Shown: positions 39,198 through 51,128 of the stretch, in pieces | How positions within the stretch are numbered: position 1 is the stretch's first letter | Layout of the letters: every line of letters begins with the position of its first letter | The notes under the pieces: generated by a model | Database searches by the model: none | What the model saw: the letters and a program-made list of their open reading frames with translations, nothing else | What the model was told of the DNA's origin: nothing | Assembly: GCA_051313645.2 (NCBI GenBank) | Contig: JBNRSN020000002.1 | Coordinates: 100,316,001-100,380,000, forward strand | DNA from: Centroscyllium fabricii | Lineage: Eukaryota | Direction: 5' to 3' | DNA length: 64,000 nucleotides | Program-made: the position numbers and the translations under genes

Positions 39198-42193
39198 CTC
39201 ATGCATACCCATACTCAAGCTACAACTTACAGCTGAAAGCCTTGGCCCACTCAAAGCGGTTCACATATTAAATCATTGTAACACAAAACTATCTGCATGG
39301 TCACTTACTAACAAACAGAAAGGGCTGCATGGTTGCCATTAATGACCTCTCTGCTTTAGGAAATGCAGCAGTGCAGTGGTCAGCTTTGTCAAATTGCTTT
39401 TGTTATCCAGTGGGAAAGGAGATGAAAGTGCTGGCAATCCTGACCTATGCATCAAACATTTGCTTGATACATGTGTGGGCAACACATGAGCTGATACTGG
39501 AGGTAGAGGTGCCATTCCTATGGTGCAGATTAGCCACAGGTGTCCCTGCAGCTGATGGTACAGATTTTCAACTGGTTCCCTCAGTCATTGCAAGGTAGGT
39601 GAGTCATGGCCTGTAAATATGGTTTGTGGCATAATGGTGGGTGTGTGAATTACAGTTCTGGTGCATTCTCATCTTCTTGACTTGCCTTCTTTTACCTTGT
39701 GATACTTCAATGATTAAATGATGAAACCCCATCATTATTCTTAACTTGCTGACTACCACAGGATTCTTTACTTAGAAGCTTTTGAATAATGAATGGTAGA
39801 TTATGCAAGAGAGACTGACCCCCCAACACCTGAATTTCACGATATGTACCAATAATGCTTGCAATTCTGTACAGGTGCATTAATGGGAAAAACTATCCCA
39901 TTATATAGTGTTAGGGAAAGAAAAACTCAGAATTAAAAAAACCAAAAAACTTTTTTCATAAAATACCAAAAAATATGAATAGTCTACTGTAAAACTAGAA
40001 AATAAAAAAAGAGCTAAAAAAAAAACTCCAATCCTTTAATAATTTCACAGCCCATGGATTTTCCCATAGGCTCATTCCAGCTGAATGAAGGGAGCATCCT
40101 AAGTGGATAGGATATTCCCTGTGGCTTCGTTTGAATACATTGTAACATTTAAATGACACTGTGGTTCATTTTTGGGCCTGTAGGGAGATCGCGTTCACCA
40201 CTAACGCAGTGCAGATTTGGCTAGATTTTCCAGTGCCCCAGCACCTGTTTGACTGTGCCACTGCTCATAGTGGCTAGAATGAATATCCTTTTTAGATCTA
40301 CAAGAGTGGGATAGAAATGTTGATTCAAGCAGCTATTTTGTTGTCCCTGTTGAACTGAAGCGTCAATGTACCAAGCACTTTGAACAAGGGTTTAATTTGG
40401 TTTTATTTAATTTTATGTTTCTGAAATATACTATAAGGCAGTAACATTATCAAAGGGTTCAACTAATATAAATTGTGGGAGAAAAGCTTAAATAGAAGGC
40501 AAAGCTAGGAGTAGCTTTCCTTCAAAATAATGCCCAATGATTTACTGAACAATTACATACAGAGATTTTAATTGGCTTTTTTTTGAAAATGTCAATTTCA
40601 CAAACTACAAAGTGACACATGAGCTGGGGGTCTCTCTCGCTCCTTGTTAGACCACTGCATGATGTCACTGACAGGGAACATCAATTTGCATCACAGAATG
40701 GCTTCATTAGAAATGAGTGACACAGCTTTCGACTGTCCAGAGAGCCAGTCCAGAACCGTAGGATACAGGGAAACCATGAAATCAGCTGGAGATGCAATTC
40801 ATCTGGCTGTGAAGAGGAGTACAAGAACAGTGTTCAGTGACTAATTTTGCCTCCCTCCCTATGGAGAACCATCTGGCATCCTCTCAGTAACTCACCAATG
40901 ATAACATCTTCATAGGAATGTATGGGCCCAAATAAACTAATGCCTCCCAATTGCCACTCTCTCAAGTGTCTCTCTAATTTTCCCTTAAATTATTTCTACA
41001 CTACCTCCCTCAGCAGCTCATTCCACATGTTCACCACCCTCTGCCTGAAGTAGTTAAATCTGAACTGTCTATACACTATCCCTCTTCTAAACCTGAAAGA
41101 AACCATGTTCCCTGGTTGTAGGGTTTACGGCAATCTCAAGATTAGAAGGTTGCAACGTTGCAAAATGAGAATGTAAACCTGTGTTCTATCATTCCATGAC
41201 ACAATATGGCCTAATTTCCTAATGTGCACTATTTCGCTGATCCTCATCTGAAGGGATTGTCGGAAATGCAAATAAATGTTGGTTCTGTTTCCTTTGGCCC
41301 AATCTGGGTTTCCATGGACAATGCAGGGCATGCACTTCTGTTACGCTGCTATCCGCTCCTGTTATTTATTTAACCCCATTCCTGGATGTCATGAGGTCAA
41401 TGACAGGTGGGTAGAAGTTCCACCTCATCGTACTTCCAACGGCACAACAGTATCCTAGGATTTCTGAGCTTGACTGTGGGAAGACTACTTGACCACAATG
41501 GACAGCACAGCCAAGTCCTATAATGTTCTCACCTGATGTCCAGACATGCTCACTTCACAGAAGGAAGCACTGGATCGCCAATATGTGTGGGAATCCAGGC
41601 TGATTTTTCCCTCTCGAGCCCAGCAATACTAAGGCTTATTGTGGTGCCCCTTCTCGGAAGTGGGAATACCAATTGAAGCCATATTTTAATTTTAAATGAC
41701 CACACCACAGCATATGTTTCATGTGTATGATGACAACATCTTACTTCGACTCTTGACAGATTCCTTCAGGCACTAATAATGGCATTTGCATTAGATGAGT
41801 TAGGGCAGAAAAATTAGCATTTGTCCATTCATCTCAACAAGAAATATATTCATGCATTTCTTTTATTTCTTCCCATATTACATTAATATTAACTAAGAGC
41901 ATTTTTGCTGACCCTGTCACTCACTCATTACTGGAGCCTGCTTCTCACATTGACTAGTATAAACAGAACCTTTGGATCCCACCTGTCCACTTTTTTCATC
42001 CATCTCGCTGGATGAGTTTAATGTTTGCATGAAATTCTTTGGTCTGCTATTTTGATTGAACTGGTAACCCATTTGTTTTAAATGTGTTAGCAGCTCTGTT
42101 AAACAGAGTAAAAGATTTAATTATGGAAGTGTTATATATTTATACACCAATATTTGGTGAGACTTCAAAACATTGGGGCAAATAAAAAACATT

Positions 42194-43242
42194 AGCCGAG
42201 ATTGTCCTTATATCAGCCAGTCCGGGGCAGGCCCCAACCCTGCTGCTGGCCTCATCCCGTTTTGGAAAATGATTTTTCATTGATGGGGTTTGTTAAGCCC
42301 ACCCAGCGCATTTCCCGGTCCAATTAGAGGAAGCGGGTCCAGTAACATCATTTCATGACACGTCATTAGCCAGTTTCCCTAAAGTGACCATGGCCAACTT
42401 TCTTTTAACATTTGTGCTGTCAGTGTTCTGCAGCATTGAGGTGCTGCAAACACTGACACTGACTGCACAAAAGTGCAGGGCTGCACCCAGGCTCTCCCAT
42501 GACTCCCTCCATATGCTTATGGAAGGAGTCACAGCACACAGGAAGGTTCTCTTCCCTTCCCATGGGCGGAAGTGACCTCCCCAGGAGACCAACACAGCCT
42601 GGTTGCACATTGCACAGGAGGTCACGAGCAGGGATGATGTCAGGAGGAAATAACAACAGAAAACACTGCAGAAACTCAGCAGGCCAGGCAGCATCGGTGG
42701 AGAGAGAAACAAAGTTAACGTTTCAGGTCGATGACCTTTCTTCAGGCAGTTCTGAAGAAAGGTCATCGACCTGAAACGTGAACTCTGTTTCTCTCTCCAC
42801 TGATGCTGCCTGGCCTGCTGAGTTTCTCCAGCATTTTCTGTTGTTAGTTCGGATTTCCAGCATCCGCAGTATTTTACTATCGCATGTTGTCAGGAGGACC
42901 TGGGTGCAGTGGTGCCAACCTTTCAATGAGCTCATTAGATCACGAAATGTTGGTACAAAGCCACACTCACCTTCATCGCGCTGTGGCTCTCATCATGGTT
43001 CCCGTGGCCATGAAGTTAAAGTGAGAAGGTAAGTTAATAAAGCATGTTAATGATATGTCAGCGAGTTGGTAATGAGATTAATTGGGTTGCCGACACTGCC
43101 TGTCGGGTCTGTGCAACGCTGACAGACCCGACATTGGGAAAGGCACGTTGCAGCGGGTTCCTAACCCGCTGTCAAAAAAATAACATTTCTCACCCAACCC
43201 GCCACCGATCCTGCCCGCTGAGCCCCCCCGAAAATTCCGGTC
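42194..43242 (+). mobile_element. PIF/Harbinger deletion derivative with Myb/SANT-like pseudo-ORF
   Basis: RAAPRLSHDSLHMLMEGVTAHRKVLFPSHGRK*PPQETNTAWLHIAQEVTSRDDVRR/TWVQWCQPFNELIRS; termini resemble 27847-30130. Confidence 0.7.
42649..42883. mobile_element. Inverted (palindromic) Penelope-like end with hammerhead cores on both strands
   Basis: ~95 bp inverted arms around 42748; CTGAAGA-A-AGGTC-ATC-GACCT-GAAACGT; flanked by 15 bp direct repeat ATG(A/T)TGTCAGGAGGA. Confidence 0.75.
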
Positions 43243-44039
43243 ATATGATTCACTTTTACATTGTGAAGACAGAACCTATATAACTTAATAAACATGTAGC
43301 ATGTATTCATTTCCTGTTTTATGTATTTATATGGCTAATTAAAACCCTTTCGTCGGAACATTCAACTTAGGCAGTGGCGTAAAACAAGCGATATCGGATC
43401 AGCAGGCTGTTATACACCACATTGACTTCAACGCAAAAGAAAATTGGGCAATCCAATATCGCCCATTATATACCTCACCGCAGTTGAAATTTCCACCTGT
43501 GACAGAACTTGCGTGGCAGAGCACAATAAAATCCAAAGTCATGCATGTGATTGTTAATTATTTTCATATAATATTTAATACATATACCTTATTAAGTCAT
43601 ACAATTTTGGCATAGGGTAGTTAGAGGAGAATACTTAGTACATTGGGGTCGCAGCAGGGCTGTGCTCACGCTGAGAACAACACATTGTTTGGGGTCAGGA
43701 TAATTTGATGACAGCCCCTGTGGATTTGATGGGTCAAGAGAATACTGAAGGTGCTTTCTGCATAGAGACATTTTCAGAGTTGGGTCGTTGCCCTTAGTGG
43801 AGCACTATTAGCTACTACCAGACATGCTGAGCTAAACAGGGGTGTAACTACAATATTCTAGTTATTGTGCGCCTCTAATGCACTCATGTGCCATGTAGCC
43901 TGGAACGACAGGCCACAAACTGCAATGGTGAGCCCAACCTCACTGCACTCCCTCCTCAGTTTTGTGCACATTTCAAAAGTTTTAAGAAAAAAGGTTGAAT
44001 GCTATTTCCCTGAAATTCCTCCATACTGGAGGCAGAAAA

Positions 44040-44350
44040 TTACATAGAATTTACAGCACAAGAACAGAAAATTCAACCCAACTAGTCTATGCCAGTGCTT
44101 ATGCTCCGCACAAGCCTCCTCCCACCTGACTTTATCTAACCCTATCTATAGCCTTCTGATCATGTATCTCTCATGTATTTACCTACCTTCCCATAAATAC
44201 TCCTCAACCACTCCATGTGGTAGCAAGGTCCACATTCGAGCCACTCGCTGGGTAAATCATTTTCTCCTGAATTCTTCATTGGATTTATTAATAAATATCT
44301 TGTATTTTATGACCTCTAGTTTTGGATTCCCCCACAAACAGAAACATTTT
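44040..44350 (-). mobile_element. Degraded CR1 LINE 3' fragment
   Basis: Reverse complement resembles CR1 C-terminal coding region and tail. Confidence 0.55.
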
Positions 44351-45607
44351 TTCTACCTCTACCCCATCACAATTATGCAGTCAGGGCTGGCAGGGAGGAA
44401 CTTGGAGCAGGGCCCAGTTATGGCGACACCCCTTCCTTTGTTTATGGTCATGCAAAATTCTGCCGGAAGTAGGAGCAGGTGCTTCTTGTTCACACCTCCT
44501 CTCTTGTGGAAGTCACAGAGAAAGGAAGGACTGGTGGAATGACTTATTCCACTTCCCCCTCCCATGCCCCCCCCGTGCTCATACTTATGTGCCAGGATCT
44601 GATCCTGGCAGAAGTGAGGCCACGTTTCAACTCAATAGCCAGTTTCCCTACACAGTGCAATTGCATTCCATCAGGAAAGAGGTCAATTTGACATTGGAGA
44701 CTTGGAGTTATTCTTTAAGATCTTCAGCCGGCGCAGCTGCCCTAGTTAGTTTGTGCCACAGTGCTATCCTTCCCCCTGCTGCGCCAAGGTCCCCGATTAT
44801 GCCAGAAATGACACAGGCAACCACACAAAATATGTGAATATCCCGGATCCTGAAAATTGGGACCAGGTCAAGAGTACATTTATCCGCTAGCAGATGTTTG
44901 GCTCATGACTTGATCCACCCCCAGAGGCTGACAGAGGGATTTTGATTGGGCTGGATTTTGCTACAGGACTAACGGTGAAGCTAACAGAGCTCATGGTTAT
45001 TTAAGGATAAATTGGACAGCAACTTCCGACAACTGCACATGTGCAGTTAAACGCGGAAATCAGGAAGTTGCTGTCCGAGATGCCTCAGTTCAACAGGGAC
45101 AAAGAAATAGCTGCTTGAATCAACATTTCTATCCCACTATTTTTGGAGGAGCAAGGCATCGCGATAACAGTCTCTCGCCGTAAACTCACCATTCAAATAC
45201 ATGGAACAGTGTGAGGTTGCTGTACTTACCTGATATATATGCACTAAACGCGCCAGAAAAAGTTAGGGCTTATCCATTCCAATGTAAGGACCCTTTTAAC
45301 AGCCTGATAAATCTTAAGTATTGCCATTCAACCTCTTTGACCCTGAAAATTAACTTTTATAGGTGTGGCATTTCTTTTCTTCAAATTTTAATTCTTGTTG
45401 GAGATTTTTTTTTAAATAAGGAAATTTAAATAAAATATATATTGTTTACTTTTTCTTTCTGTCTCTCTTAATACAGTCTTTCTTTCCCTCTCTATTTTGC
45501 TTTCTGTACCTGATTTGACATAAAATTCACTATTCTAACTTACACTTACTGGTTCAGATGCTGCGCTGCTCATTAACGTTTCTTCAATCTGATTGGTTAA
45601 GGAGACA

Positions 45608-46227
45608 CAAAGATGTGCGGGTTAGGTTGATTGGCCAGGATAAATTGACCCTTAGTGTTAGGGGGATTGAATATATGGGGTTACGGGGATAGGGTGGGAT
45701 ATGTGTCGATGCAGGCTCGATAGGGATCAAGGGATATGGGGAGAGGGCAGGGACAGGATACTGGGTTTGGATGATCAGCCATGATCTCGTTGAATGGCGG
45801 AGCAGGCTCGAAGGGCCGAATGGCCTACTCCTGCTCCTAGTTTCTATGTTTCTATGTTTCAGAAACACAGAAGATAGGAGCGGGAGTAGGCCATTCGGCC
45901 ATTCGAGACTGCTCGCCATTTTGATGAGATCATGGCTGATCATCCAATCCCAGCACCCCCCTCCCACCCTCTCCCCATATCCCCAGAATCCCACCCTATC
46001 CCTGTAACCCCCACATATTTAATCCCCCTGACACTAAGGGTCAATTTATCATGGCCAATCAACCTAACCCCACACATCTTTGGACTGTGGGAGGAAACCG
46101 GAGCACCTAGAGGAAACCCACGCAGACACGGGGAGAATGTGCAAACTCCACACAGATAGTACCCGAGGCCGGATTTGAACCCGGGCCCCTAGCACTGTGA
46201 GGCAACAGTGCTAACCACTATGCCACC
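45608..46227. mobile_element. Tail-to-tail pair of HE1-like V-SINEs (+ 45608-45860, - 45861-46227)
   Basis: Tails meet at TTCTATGTTTC|AGAAACACAGAAG; pair flanked by GAGACACA on both sides. Confidence 0.8.
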
Positions 46228-46237
46228 GAGACACACA

Positions 46238-47011
46238 GGGGGTGATTTCACCGGAAGTGCGGGAACCTGGTGGGGATTGGTCGGGGCGGGTTCCTGTCCC
46301 GCTTGACCAAAGACCTGGGAAGCCCACGCAATTTTAATTTAATTGAGTTGTTAAATCCCCGCCTGTGGCAGCCGGTGGTAATTGACTCAATCGAGTCAGG
46401 CTGCAGTGGGGCTGCGAGGAGCTTGATTGACAGTTCCAGCACTGGTTGTTGACAGTTCCCATGGCAACACTGTGACATCACAGTTGAGTGGAACCAATGG
46501 GAAAGGTCAAGTGCTGGTGACTGACAGGTGGGCCGGCAGGCTGCGAATCCTTGACAGCTCGGCACCGCTGTGAGGAAATGTGCAAAGCTGATATTTCTCA
46601 GTTCTATCTCATAGCTGCTGCAGCCATCACAGAGTCACTTACTCCTCTAAGGTGCTGGAGGCATGCCAAACATTTGGCAGCATGTCCTTCCCCACCTTGA
46701 AGGAGAAAGTAATGACCAGCGCTGTGCTCCCGCTGGGTGAAACCCAGCGGGGTTTAGGGTGGCGGAGAATGGGTGGGAAATGGCTCAAAATGGCTGAGGG
46801 CCCTTAAAATGGCATTAAACATGCCAATTAAGGGCCCTTAACGAGGTGGCAACCCATCCCCGCCGGCCGCCGGTGGGAAGGTTTCGGGGCGGGGGAAAAT
46901 GATAAACCGGCGGGGATCCGGCGGGGTAGGGGGTCACAACCCACTGGTTCCGGTATTTTGCCGGCCGACCCGCTGAAAACCCCGCCTCACGGGGACATGA
47001 AAATCCCCCCC
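46238..47011 (-). mobile_element. Harbinger-like MITE family A
   Basis: Reverse copy of 23465-24233; 3 bp TSD ACA. Confidence 0.8.
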
Positions 47012-47229
47012 ACAGTTGCTGTCACTATTTACACAGTTTCCAGATCCCCTGTAGAGGATGCAGCACTTTTTCTATAGTTGGATAACAGGAACCTCTAGTG
47101 CAAAATTTCATAAAATGTCTATGGGAAAGTGCAAATGGAATGGATGACTCCCACTGTTCATTCACCGCTGATCACAAAATTTGGTCCATTCTGTATTAAG
47201 TTACATTTTTAATTTTTTAATTTGGTATA

Positions 47230-47544
47230 CAGGTTGAGCACCGTTAATCCGGCACCCTGGAGACCAGGCCGGTGCTGGACCACTGAAAATTCCGAACCAC
47301 TGAAGGTTCGGGGGGAGCACGCGGTAGAATACTCCCCAGGAGGGAGCCCAGGGATAGAACACGTACAAGCCTTAAAAAAGCAGCAACCCAAATGCTCGAC
47401 GCCTTCGGCGCTCGGCCACCCTTCGCAGGAAACGGTGGCGCCGCCAGGCGGCTGCTCCGCAAAGTGAAGAGCGCCGGTTTCCAATCGTGCCGGACCACTG
47501 AAGCTGCCAGACCATCGAATGCCGGATTGCCAGTGCTCAACCTG
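47230..47544. mobile_element. Tc1/mariner (pogo/Tigger-type) MITE
   Basis: TIR CAGGTTGAGCAC....AATCCGGCA; TA TSD. Confidence 0.85.
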
Positions 47545-48325
47545 TATAAAATGATAATGTAGTTGTTTCACTGTGCAAAAATTCAAGTGATATTATTTTC
47601 CCCAGGTCAGGGTCTCTGCAATGGCCTCCCAAGAATTGTTAACATCTTAATCTAAAAATTAATTATCGGTGCAGACAATGGCAATTTTTTTTGATAACCT
47701 AGAAAAGTTGTCAAAATGTAAATTTCATCTAGAATTACACAGAACAATCTGGAAGGGCTGCTGTGAGGTAAAAAGAATGTTGAATGGCGGTGTGACCTGC
47801 AAAACTAGTTGGGGAGGATTGCAGGGAGTCAAACGATAAGGCGGAAAAGTGCTGAATCGTTGATGTGATTTTAGAGTATTTTCTGAAACTCATTACTTTG
47901 CCTTCTGCCATTATTGTGTCCTTTACTTTGCTGCTGTCAATATTTATGCTAATATGAATAGTATAATGTTCACAGAGCACTTTGGAGATGCTTATTTTAT
48001 TGCTTTGTGAATGATAAGTGTGCTTGGGCGTACCCAGCTATGGCATCATTCAGATATATTAGCATTTTTAAAATAACTTTGACAAAACTCTATGGCACAC
48101 TTGGAAGTAAAGTGAAAATGCAATGGATATTCAGTAGAAGTCAAAGACTTAAAATCCATAATTTGAGATAAAATTAGTAAGCATTTAGAAATGCATGGGC
48201 TAAGCAGGGACAGTTAGCCCAGATTTGTTAAAGGAAAGTCTTACTTGACAAATTAATAGAGTTTTTGAATAAGCGACCTAATGGATGTATGAAGGGAATG
48301 CAGTAGATGTATTTTATATGGACTT

Positions 48326-48803
48326 GTTTTATCCATTGATGGGATGTGGGCATTGCTGGCTGGCTAGGCCTGCATTTAGTGCCCATCCCTAATTGCCCTT
48401 GAGAAGATGGTGGTGAGCTGCCTTCTTGAACTGCTGCAGTCCATATGGTGTAGGTACACCCACAATGTCGTAGCGGTTGTTTACAACTGAGTGGCTTGCT
48501 GGGCCATTTCAGAGGGCATTAAGAGTCAACCACATTGCTGTGGGTCTGGAGTCACATGTAGGCCAGACCAGGTAAGGACGGCAGATTTCTTTCCCTAAAG
48601 GACATTAGTGAACCAGATGGGGTTTTGCAACAATCGAGTGAACCAGATGGGTTTTTGCAACAATCGACAATCCAGAATTAAATTGAATTGAATTTAAATT
48701 CCACCAGCTGCCGTGGTGGGATTTGAACCCATATCCTCAGAACATTTGACTGTGCCTCTGGCTTACTAGTCTAGTGACATAACCACTATGCCACCGCCTC
48801 CCC
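48326..48803 (-). mobile_element. tRNA-headed SINE-like element
   Basis: Reverse complement starts GGGAGGCGGTGGCATAGTGG (A box) with GGTTCAAATCCC (B box); splits the CR1 MDF|QKAF motif. Confidence 0.65.
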
Positions 48804-49362
48804 ATTTCAAAAGGCATTTGATAAAATGTCTCATAAGAGCCTTTGTGGAAAAATGCATGCGTATAGTGTGAGAGGAAATGTAGCAGCATGTATAAAAATG
48901 TTGGTTGACAGACAGAAAACGAAGAGTTAGGGTAAATTAATGTGTCTCAGATTGGAGAAGAGTTAGAAGTTGTGTATCCCAGCAGTCAGTGCTGGATCCA
49001 CTTTTGTTCTTGGTATAAATAAATGATTTGGGGAAAAGGAAACACAATCTCAAAATTTGCTGGAGAGAGAAAAGTAGGAGGTTTGGCAAATATTGAGGAT
49101 TGTCAAAGACTTTAGGGAGACATAGGCGTGTTAGCAGAGTGGGCAGAGAGCTAGCGAATTAAATTTACTGTGGAGAAGTGTGAGGTAATGCACTTTGGGA
49201 GGAAGAAGAAAGAATGAGAGTATACATTCAATGGAGCGACACTAGTGGATGCTCAGACAGACCGAGAGGATTCAAATGCATAATTCTCTGAAGGTGCGAA
49301 AACAAATAGATAAAGCCATAAAAAAAGGCCAACAGAATTTTGCTTTATAAATAAGAGAACAA

Positions 49363-49510
49363 CAATGTTCCCTGTAATTCTTTTTCGTGTGTGGTCCCTT
49401 TCAATTTGTGGCCACGCATGCACACTCTCTTTTCCAGTGGCAACAGCTGATGAGCGGCCCGTACGGAACCTCCAGACCACTGTGTGACTAAGTAGCTTGG
49501 GGGAACATTG
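49363..49510. mobile_element. hAT-like MITE
   Basis: TIR CAATGTTCCC / GGGAACATTG; degenerate 8 bp flanks GAGAACAA / CTGTACAA. Confidence 0.6.
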
Positions 49511-51128
49511 CTGTACAAGAGTAAAGAAGTAATGACGAATTTATGTGAAACATTGGTTAGGCTACAATTAAAGTACTGCATGCAGTTTTGCTGACCTCAT
49601 TAAAGAAAATACATTCAAGCCATGGAGAGCATACAGCATAGATTTAGAAGGATAATGCTAGGAATGGGAAACTATAGTTATGAGATAGACATGAGCGAGT
49701 GGGACTATTCCCACTGGAGCCTAAACGGAGGCGAAAAGAAGATATAATGGACATTTTTTAAATTATGAAGAGTTTTGAAGAAGTAAATAGTGAGAGACTA
49801 TTGTCTTTAGTTGGGGAGTAAATGCAAAGGAATCATCAATTTAAAATGATCATAAAGGAGTGAGGAGAGAGGCAATACAGTAGTTTGTTGGAGCATTGAA
49901 TACTTTGCTACAGGGATTAGTTGAGGCAGACACAGTTGTATAAATATTTGAAGCAGAGGAAGATACAGGGCTATGGTGAGAGCTCGGGCAGTGGAATTCA
50001 TTTTAGACTGCTCTAGCAAAGAGCTGGTACAGATAACTTGGGCTGAATGGCCTCCTTCTGCCAGCTCCCAGCAGTCCCAGGAGATTTTAACTGCCCACTT
50101 GCCTAATTTCTGCAGGGTAGGTGTGTTTATAATTGTCCCCTTGGTACGGAGGTGGACCTTATCTCATTGCAGCTGAGTACTGGCATGGCCCTACCTGCAG
50201 GCTGCATCTTTGTTGCTGCTGCTTGGACACCCTGGTACCATCTCCTTTATGTCATATGAGCAGACATCTGGCTGGAGACCTCACACGTGTTTGTATCCTG
50301 AGAAGCTACTGCAGTATGTGAGCAGAATACAGCCATGCTACCAATGCTGGGCCCTGGTGCTGGCTCTCAGTGAGCCTAACATCAGTGGTAGGGAAATTAT
50401 TGGAAAAAATTCTGAGGGAGAGAATTAGTCTCCACTTGGAGAGGCAAGGATTAATCATGGTCAGCAAGGCTTTGTCAGGGGGAGATCATGTCTGATAAAT
50501 TTGATTGGAATTTTTCGAGGGGGTGACTAGGTGTGTGGATAAGTGTAGTGCAGTTGATGTAGTCTGCATGGACTTCAGTAAGGCATTTGACAAAGTCCCA
50601 CATGGAAAACTGGTCAAGAAGGTAAGAGCCCATGGGATCCAGGGCAATTTGGCACATTGGATCCAAAATTGGCTTAGTGGCAGGAGGCAGAGGGTAATGG
50701 TCAAAGGTTGTTTTTGTCACTGAAAGCCTGTGTCCAGTGGTGTACCGCAGGGATCGGTGCTGGGTCCTTTGCTGTTTGTAGTATACATTAATGATTTAGA
50801 TATGAATGTAGGAGGTATGATCAATAAGTTCGCAGATGACACAAAAATTGGTGGGGTGGTAAATAGTGATGAAGGAAGCCTTAGGCTACAGGACGATATA
50901 GACGGGTTGGTCAGATGGGCAGAACAGTGGCAAATGGAATTTAACCCTGAAAAGTGTGAGCTGATGCATTTTGGGTGGATTAACAAGGCAAGGAAATACA
51001 CAATGAATGGTAGGATCATAGGAAGGACAGAGGATCAGAAGGACCTTGGTGTGCATGTACATAGATCCCTGAAGGCAGCAGGACAGGTAGATAAGGTGGT
51101 TAAAAAGGCATATGGGATACTTGCCTTA

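Larger units (their letters stand above)
44948..47187. mobile_element. Older Harbinger-like element hosting nested SINE pair and MITE
   Basis: Imperfect TIR GGGCTGGATTTTG / CAAAATTTGGTCC; 3 bp TSD ATT. Confidence 0.6.
48160..50060 (+). mobile_element. Old CR1 LINE RT/3' fragment, interrupted by a SINE and a hAT MITE
   Basis: Degraded FVKGKSYLT..VDVFYMDF/QKAFDK..EKCEVMHFG motifs. Confidence 0.7.
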
